From Eledone cirrhosa (taxonomy: Eukaryota), in NCBI GenBank assembly GCA_964016885.1, contig OZ024742.1, positions 272,862,001 to 272,926,000 on the forward strand: a stretch of DNA of 64,000 nt. Reading direction: 5' to 3'. The position numbers and the translations under genes were made by a program. Positions 52,394 through 64,000 of the stretch are shown piece by piece (positions within the stretch are counted from its first letter, which is position 1; every line of letters begins with the position of its first letter). The notes under the pieces are model-generated. The model saw nothing but the letters and a program-made list of their open reading frames with translations. It searched no databases and was not told the origin of the DNA.

Positions 52394-54018
52394 CATGAAA
52401 AGGAAATCGTTTGTATGTTGAGAGCTAATAACAGTCAATTAAATTTATAATACTTACGCTCTTTCTTGTGTTTTCAACTAATCTAACGTCCAGTAAGCTC
52501 ACTATCAATTTATTTTCCGAAAACGGAGTTGGGAGCGAGCTGGTTGAAAATGTGCTGCTCTTTTTATCAAACAGAAACTGCCTGTGTATGAATCATCTAT
52601 ATATGTAAATAAATGAAAAATTGTGCGTTAACAGCTAATAACATTAATAGAATTGTGTAATAATTAATGTTTTCGTTATGTTTACAACTAATATGGCCTG
52701 CAACATGTTGGAAATCAATTCTTTCTTCCAAAACGGAATGGAGGCGACCCTCGTAGTTTCCCAACATCGGAGATATTTTCTGTGGGTTTTTTTACTTATT
52801 TTTTTCCATTGTTTTCGAACGATGTGAGATCAGATTCACTTGCCATCCACACCATTTCCCCGAAAACAGAGGCATTAAGTGAGGTGGTCTCTCGGCGTAA
52901 CAGATAAGCATTTCTCAGCTATTTGAATCTATAAACAAATTTGCTGTGAATCGAGAAGAAATTTCGTGTGTTTTCAGCTAACCTGATCACCGAGATGCTT
53001 GCAATCAACTTTACCAAAACCAAAATTGTGAGAGGGGAAACACTGTGATACTGCCAGACTCGGATATTTCATCTGTGCAAATAACAGAGGCGAGAAGGGA
53101 GGGGACACAAGGAGTTACAGATAAGCATTTCATAGAAATGTAATCCCTTGATACCAAAGTATGTATTGATCCTTTATCATTTTGCACTGTTGTGGAAAGC
53201 GTTGTATGTTTATTTGATTAAGTGTTCTTCACTTACCAAATCCATCATTCCAATGAGGACTGGCTCTGTGAAAGAGCAGTCCTTGTTTCGAAAAAAAAAA
53301 CACAGTGAATGCCATAAACAGAATCTCTAACAAATGATATTTGGAGGTAGCCAGACCTATAATTATATTAATAAATTTATCGACGGGGACGATGCTATAT
53401 ATTATCCCGTGAATGTCTCAACAATCTGGACCTGTCCGGTATGCTAACACACAACATTGAAGAAACATATACAATGCTGCTCAGAATCCTGAATCAGCTA
53501 AGACTGACCTTGAGCATCACATGATAGAAGCCGAATTTCTCATTGGATGTGGTAAGGGATACATAGCATTTATACCTAGAATGTCGCGAAGACCAACGTT
53601 TATCCCCTTTCGTTTCAAATGGTTGCAATTCCCAGTGGGAGTCAGTTACACAATGACCATTAACAAGTACCAAGATCAAAGGATGCACGATGCCGGTCTC
53701 TCTAGAAGAGGGCTGCTTGTCACATGGTCAGTTGTATGTAGGTTATTCTAAACAAGGAAACCCCACAAACTATTCATATATGTCTCAAAGAAAAATGTTC
53801 AAAACTTTGGAGTGCTGTGACGGTTTTAAATGTTCGTGGAATACAGTTTACTATTATTTTCTTATTATTTACTATACTTAGTTAAGTTAACCTTTTAAAG
53901 TTATATCATGCAATACTTAAACAGCTAATGAAAATTTACATTACGACAGATGATATTAGGTGCCTTATGAATAGATTTGAGCACAGTACAGGTGAAGGCA
54001 AAGTCCCGGAGGCCGTTA

Positions 54019-54020
<2 letters not shown>
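52390..54020 (+). mobile_element. Decayed Helitron with Pif1-helicase fragment
   Basis: DDAIYYPV, IEAEFLIGCGKG..FIPRM..PFRFKWLQFPV..MTINK.Q and SHGQLYVGYSK; 3' end ...ggccgTTAG|T (degenerate CTAG). Boundaries approximate. Confidence 0.7.
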
Positions 54021-54088
<68 letters not shown>

Positions 54089-55299
54089 ATATATGGATGT
54101 ATATCTGCACAGGACCTCATAGAATAGCTATGCCCTTTGCTGGTTGAAGTTTGAAACCTTATCTAGCATGCATTTATTTCACGTCTAATTCATATATATA
54201 TATAAGAGAAGGTAAATACATTTTCGTTTTTGTACGTTAAATCAAGCATGTTTGAATGCACAATCAAAATATTGAAAGACGTGTCACCACACCTTTTCCG
54301 ACATGTTCCTTTGTGTTGTGTAACATAGATGTCCAGGTACCATGCTTATGGTACAATTGCCAAGGAGAATTCCACGGAGAAGTTTATATAAAAAGATATA
54401 GTACCAGGAAAACCTAACAGAAAAAAAGGCAGGAAAAGGTGGACAGAAGAAAATTCATTATGTATTCTATCTTTAACATATGTTTCTGCACAACCACGTC
54501 TCAGTCTACATCTGTTGTCTACGTTGTATGTTTATCATTCGCATGTATTACGTGCCAGCAATAGGAATTTGTCGGAAAGCAATGGTTATATTCTTAGTGG
54601 TGATTTCCTCATTTCCTAAGCATCACTTACTAATATATAAATTTCATTTTGATATACAGAAAAAGAATCAAAATCAAAATATAATATATAAATATCAAAA
54701 ATAGTACACGAATAACAATAATTATATCAATATGGATAGTTGATGTGTGTGCAAATCAGAAGTTTAGTAAAGTTGCAATTGAAAAAAAAATGAGGTCTAT
54801 TAAAGATCAAGGAGCCTGATATAATCATTTAGCGAAATCGGTAGTGTATAAGGGCGAAGAGAAGGATAGGAAAAAGAATGAGACAGAAAGACGTGTAAAA
54901 GAAACAGGAAGGAAAAAAGAAAAGGACCAGGAAGTATAAGATTTCGTTGAAAAGCAATAAATGAAGTTGAGTTGAGGAGCAAAATGGTAGGGTCTTTTTC
55001 ATCAGAAACCAACAACTGAGAAGACAAACGGAAGCCAGGACGAATAAAAGTACTGTAAAGAGTCAGTTAATTAATGTAGAGTGGATACAGAGAGAGGAGA
55101 TCTGGCCTTATGCTAGTCCGGATGATGCTAGCGAAAGATTTTAATGTCTTATGTTGGCAGTTGATGATTGTACCATGTCGAGTCTGCAATAGATCCAATT
55201 CAGTTTCAAAAACTTCCATCACACAAAGAGTGTCTTTCCTTTTGGGATGCATGGGTGAATCATACCAATGAACAAGAAAGTGTGTAATCGATATTATAC

Positions 55300-56300
55300 T
55301 GTTTTAAATCACAGACATTTTGTCTAAGACAGTGGATTTATGTAGCTTGGGACATTTGAAGGAATGGGGTTGCACATACCTTCTTTTTTTTAATAAAAGT
55401 GGATATGGCAGCCACATATTAATACAACCCCAATTCTGTTTTGACCATATATAAGTAAAGGGTGTTTTTATACATATATTTTTCCATTTAATGGACATTT
55501 ATTAGTTTGTCTGCAGTTGCAGTGTGTACCTGTATTTGGAGTGGTGTTCAAGCTATGAGAATGTGAGGTTAGATTCACACGTATGTTGGTCGACCCACCA
55601 GCATAGGTCGGCGCAGCCCTACACAGTATGGAAGGTTGTGAAGGTGAGCTGTTAGTAGTCCTTAAAGTGGAGTTTGATACATGTCCGTTTTTATATAGGC
55701 CATTAATGTTATATTCACAGCGGCGTTTATAATTTTATCTCATAATGAAGCTACTAAGGTTCGCCATGTTAGAGTAGGTCAACGGAACTGTTTTCTATTT
55801 GAGATAATATGATACCTATGTGAGAGAGGAACATTTTCATATTTAGTCTAAAGAAAAGAGAAGATATTTTGGTAGTGACTAACTTATTATGTAGATGAAA
55901 CATCATTCGAGGAATTTTTGAGAAACCGCCCTTGTGTTTTCTTTACTGAAGATCTCATTTTCTAGTGCAGGTGTTGGAATGGTTATCAACTGGTTCTCAT
56001 AATTTGAATGGGCATTTTGGTGCATATGTGACGTTTATTTTTGGTGGAGAGACAGTTTCACAACCTGTTTGGTGTATTAGGAATACATTTAATTGGATTA
56101 AAATAGCCGGCGGTGAGGAGAGCTGTATTGCAATAGTCCGAAGAAGAAGAATAAGAATATATTTAGCCTGTACAAAGCATATTCTTGAGCCGATTTATGA
56201 TTGAATTAAGTTTTATTTTATCCACATTTGTAATGTTGATACACCCTTTTAGTTAATTAATCAAATTAATTTCACTTTGAACCGTTAATTTTTTTAGGAT
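55300..56300 (-). mobile_element. Possible old PLE remnant (YRDD/Nematis-like C-terminal half)
   Basis: Scattered reverse-strand peptides (KGVS, ALLTAGYFN, PLLLKK..PH) loosely colinear with the 43348-45618 protein. Confidence 0.25.
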
Positions 56301-56622
56301 CTTTTAAGTTGTTTCTAGCTACTCATTAATAGCTATTTAACTTTATACTGAATAATTATCGCTAAACCACGTGGATTTCATAACCATACGTGTTCCTTTT
56401 AGCTGTATATGAATTAAATGCGTCAACTCAGCATCAGGTCGCTATTTTCAAAAGACAACAAGAAAGTCTCTGGTTGCAGAGGCGGTAACAGGCGAATGAG
56501 TGTATTTAAATGTTTATGTGATTTCTATCATTTGAGGTAAATTTTACCCGACGCTGTCATTGGCCGCATTTTGCATTTTTTTATAGCTTCCTTGCGTTGA
56601 CTTCTTCCAACGATTCTACGCA

Positions 56623-56943
56623 GCTATATAATCATGGCGTATGAATACATACATATATAAGATAAAGAGCTTAGCGTTGTATTGGTGGAGGTTTGGTGTA
56701 ATGTTTAACACAGTGGTCATAATTGCCAAAGATGTGGGTTTCACTCCCATGTACGTCAATGCTCATCCTTTTTTCACATTCTGTGGGTTTTTATAACTCC
56801 AACTATTACTTAGTCAAAAATACGGCGGAAGCTCTATTTCACTAGCAAATTCTCACGTTCTGCGCTGTTTGTAAACAAGGCTAATTTTCAAACAGCGCTA
56901 AGCTCTGTATCTGATAGGTATTCATACGCTATGATTATATAAC
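56623..56943. mobile_element. MITE-like element with ~55-bp terminal inverted repeats
   Basis: gctatataatcatggcgtatgaatac..agagcttagcgttgt versus acagcgctaagctct..gtattcatacgctatgattatataac. Confidence 0.5.
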
Positions 56944-57062
56944 TTCAAATTGAATGGAAAAGAAAAATATATATGTATGTGTATATATATATATATATAT
57001 ATGTGTGTGTATGTTTACACACAAGTACACACATATTTGCACACATATATGTATATATACAT

Positions 57063-58440
57063 CTCTTCTTCTTTTCATCACCCAGTTTTTCTTGTGCGGA
57101 TCGTGGAAGAAGAGTCCTCAGACACTCCCTCTAGCGGGTCATCTCAGACGCACCTGTATCCAACTGATCCGGCTGGATCCCCAAGCGTAACCAACCAAGC
57201 ACATGGATTGTATCCAACCGTCTTGCTTGAGGTCTACACCTGGGTCACATTCTAACCCCATGTCCATAGTATCGGAGCTGTAGACTCTCAATTTTGAGAA
57301 GTAGCGGCTCTACATGGAGAGACTCTCTTATCTCCGAGTTATGCACTTTATCGAGTAACTTTACTCGAATCACACTTCGGAGAAAGCCCATTTTGGCCGC
57401 TTGTATTCGCGATCGTATTCTTTTGGTCATTACACAAGATTCATGACCATATGTAAGGGTTATCACGAAAACCGAATTGAAGACAGCGAGTTTGATTACT
57501 GAATAGCTCATTACTGCACCAAATATTGCAATTAGTGCACTTAATTAATACTCCTGCATTTCATCCCTCGTGAACACGAACCCGAGCTACTTGAACGTAT
57601 CTACCTGTTTCACTGTAATTCCATTAACATGTAGCGTGCACACTGCGCAGGCTTCCTTAAGATGACGAGTGTCTCAGTTTTCGCAGCACAGCACTGATTT
57701 TCATTTCAGCCATGCAGCACTATTCATCAAACCTATAAAGTGTAAGTCGCAGATCATCTTCTGTCGAGTTGTGTAACACCCTGTCGTCTGCAAATTCCAG
57801 CCGACTGATTTTACACCCACCAGTCTTGATATCACTTCCGACCCGGCTACCCATATCAATCTTGCCCATGTAAATAATGAAAAGGAGAAGTGAGTGTATG
57901 CACACTTCGTGGAGTGCGACACCCACATTGCATGGTTTCGATTTAGCACCATTTGTCCGAACACATATCCGCAGGCATTCGTATAGAATCAGCGCAGCAA
58001 GGAGCTGACCAATCCAATACTCCTGCACAGCCTTCCACAGCGAGTCCCGAAGAATACACTCATATGCTATCTCAAGGTCGACAATACTCCCACAACTTCT
58101 CGAATACCTGCCACAGTGTGAATATTTGATCTGTTGTGCTGTGCCCGGGGCGAAAACCACACTTCCCTTCAGCTAGCTTGGACTCGGACATTTTCCTGCA
58201 TTTCTGTGCCAGACACTTAGCATAGACGTTACCGGGGAGGTTTATCAAGGAGATACCTCTGTAATTGGAACAATCTCTTTTGTCTCCCTTTTTGAAAACG
58301 TGCATTATCATTCCCGATTGACACTGCCTAGGTGCCGTTCCTGATATCCAGGCCACCCGGCACAAACGAGTCGGCCAGAGAATGCCTCCTCTATTTAAGC
58401 TGTTTAACATCTCGGGTCGGATTTCATCTTGTCATTGGAT
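57063..58440 (-). mobile_element. 5'-truncated RTE-X/RTE LINE
   Basis: FKKGDKRDCSNYRGISL, CGFRPGHSTTDQIFTL, LEFADD, LTYGHES..RIRSRIQAAKMGFLR; (GAA) tail at ~57065. Confidence 0.87.
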
Positions 58441-59378
58441 TTAGGAAATCTTCATAGTATTCTCTCCACCTAGCGAGGGTGCACCTCTCTGAAGGGAGGA
58501 TGGCCCAAGACGTTTTCTTAATAGAAGGTGTGGTGGATGGCTACTTGTTACGAAGTGCTATTTATAAAAGAATGAATACCTTTTCAAACTAAATCAGATT
58601 TCAGCTGTTAGAATTTCATCCCCAGGTCATGTATTTACAGGCTTTTTAATTTTAACTTTTTTTTTTTTTAATTCTTTAAACAAATGTTTTTCAAAACTTA
58701 TTTATGAATTCATACTAAGACCATCAGCAATTGATTTAAGATCGGCAACATCAGATTTTATTTTCACATTTTTAAACTCATATTTATCAATCACAATGAT
58801 GATGACAACGACAACAACTATAGGTAGTTAGAATTCCAAGTAGAATGCAAAATTACGAGAAATATACGACTAATATAGGTTTACCTCACTAGAAGAAATA
58901 TAGGTTTCCCCAGAAGTGTTTTTTTTTTCAATTTATCTTCAATAGTCAGTTTAATTATAGTTAGTTCATTGTGTCTACGAAGTTATGGTGTGTTTTGTGA
59001 GAGATATAACTGTTTATATTCATGATAAGATATAGTTTTTCCGTAATGAAATCCTGAGAAAAGGTCTCGAGAAAAATAAAAGACATTATTAAAGAATACT
59101 TTATAGTGGTATGAAATGGTATGGAAAATTAGATTCGACAATTTTCAGTATATCACTTGTTTGTTTATTTATTTACTGCTGCATATGTACTTATATCCGT
59201 CACAGCGTAAGACCGTTAATATTATTCCAGTTCGATATCGAGGGATATATGACAATCGATTTAACAATTGCATAGTTATATTTAACACAATTACGATTAA
59301 TATTATTCTTTTTATTTATTAAACTCGCGTATTTATTATTTACTGTATAGAAATATTTTACCGTATATTTTTTCATAC

Positions 59379-59452
59379 AGGGTCGATAAAATAAAGTACC
59401 AGTAATGCACTGGATAATTTCTGGCCTTGTGCCAAACGTAGAAACAATTATT
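59379..59452 (+). mobile_element. SINE 3' fragment
   Basis: gggtcgataaaataaagtaccagtaatgcactgg..ggccttgtgccaaacgtagaaac. Confidence 0.8.
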
Positions 59453-59949
59453 TAAGCTATGTATTATTAAATCTATACCAAAGCAGGCGTGTTTATTAAT
59501 TTACTGCTGTACTGTACATAAACCTACTTACTTCATGACATAAGGCCATTCATTTTATTATTGAGTCCTATATTAAAATTGATTTAATTATTGTATCGTT
59601 ATATTTAATATAATTAAAATTAATATTCTTTTTCTTTATTAAACTCGCGTATTTTATAATTTACTGTATATAAATATTTTACCTTATTTTTAATTATCAA
59701 ATCTATTCCCTAAGAATCAATCCTTATATTAACAAACATGCTCTATAACAAATAGTTCAATCATTATAAATTATGAATTTTACTTTATTAATTAAAATAA
59801 TTATACCTTTATAATTTTACTAATTATCCCAATTTTGAGTGTTGTTTACACAGTATGCGTTTACAACATTAACTATCACAGAGCTTAGCATAAGGTCTGC
59901 CATAGTAACAGTTTCTTAAACAATGGTCAGAGAGGGGTAATGACATAAT

Positions 59950-62900
<2,951 letters not shown>

Positions 62901-63635
62901 AAATAATATTATTAATAATAATAATTATATTCCTATTATTAAGTTGAAATGTATTAGCTACAGTTGTTATTGTCCTCATCATTGTGATTGATATATATGA
63001 GTTAAAATACGTGAAAATTAATTCTGATATTGCCGATCTTGAACAAAATCCGGATGGTCTTACTATAAAGCCATGAAAATAATGTTGAAAAAACAATTTA
63101 ATTTAAATGTCTAACTATATGACCTCGGGATGAATTTAATCGGCTGAAACATGGATTAGTTTGAATACGCAGTGATTTCTTTGATGTTTTTTTTTAATAA
63201 ATAGAATACATACATTTAGCTTCGTACGGACGTATAATAACACACATACACGCATAAACACACATGCTTACGCACGTACACAAGTATAGCTCTTTTTACA
63301 AAACGTTTTTTTTTTCCATTTCAGGTAGACGCGCTCCATCATCCACTTGTCTAAAAAATAAATGATACACAAAACACCAGCACCAACAATTTTGCAAGAG
63401 ATATTACCATGAATTTAACTGTTGTTTTTATATAAAGACATTTTTTCCAATTCCAGTCCGCCCGTCCCCTCAATATATCTTAGTTCTCATTCTTTCTTCT
63501 GAGGAAGGAATAGCGTCGTATACGTTAAGACCCTCTTCCTGCTATATCAAGCGTTAACCTAATATATCCCTTCCATATATATTGTACCGAGTGTGTAGTT
63601 ATTTATGTTTACCTTTTATATACATACATAAATAG

Positions 63636-63669
<34 letters not shown>

Positions 63670-64000
63670 GCAAAGTTTTATTTAAATTGTTGGGTTAACA
63701 ACGAGTAAATATTTATAACTGATATAAAAGCACTCAACAAGTATTTGGAGTATATTTACGATATTAAATAAATGGAAACTATATTTATAAAACCATATTT
63801 ATTTCATTATATATATTTCAGGGATATCATATTAAAAATATGTTATGCCTTCTTCAGACAAAATACAATATAAACAGTCTTATAAATAGATAGATTCGAC
63901 ATACCTTTCAACTTCGACTTCTATTTGAAAAGTTGATTTGGTAGTGAAAAAATATTAGGGACAGTTATAAAAAGAAAGAAAGAAAAACGAAGAAAAAGAA

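Noticed and set aside
63300-63420. Polypyrimidine tract + CAG splice acceptor suggesting a host exon
   Set aside because: No convincing reading frame or donor; motif alone is insufficient.

Overview
AT-rich eukaryotic (metazoan) intergenic or intronic DNA. The SINE family and dense (TA)n tracts suggest an octopus-like cephalopod (inference). No host protein-coding gene could be supported. The window is a mosaic of transposon relics: R4/Dong-type RLE LINEs, a Tx1/L1-like LINE, CR1-like, RTE and RTE-X LINEs, a mariner, two Helitrons and about 9 copies of a tRNA-derived SINE. It also holds Penelope-like elements (PLEs) of apparently three clades: a Neptune-like copy with an inverted pLTR, a near-intact YRDD/Nematis-like copy with 1.9-kb direct pLTRs, and a Naiad-like fragment. 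The main unexplained signal is about 15 type-I hammerhead ribozyme (HHR) motifs of several unrelated sequence families, intact or degenerate, found by eye. They include a U3-A8 core variant, stem-II covariation and a ~330-bp tandem retrozyme-like repeat. Most sit in non-coding fold-back elements with a shared layout, (TA)n - inverted arm - arm + tail - (TA)n. All structure calls are manual; nothing was computed or searched.
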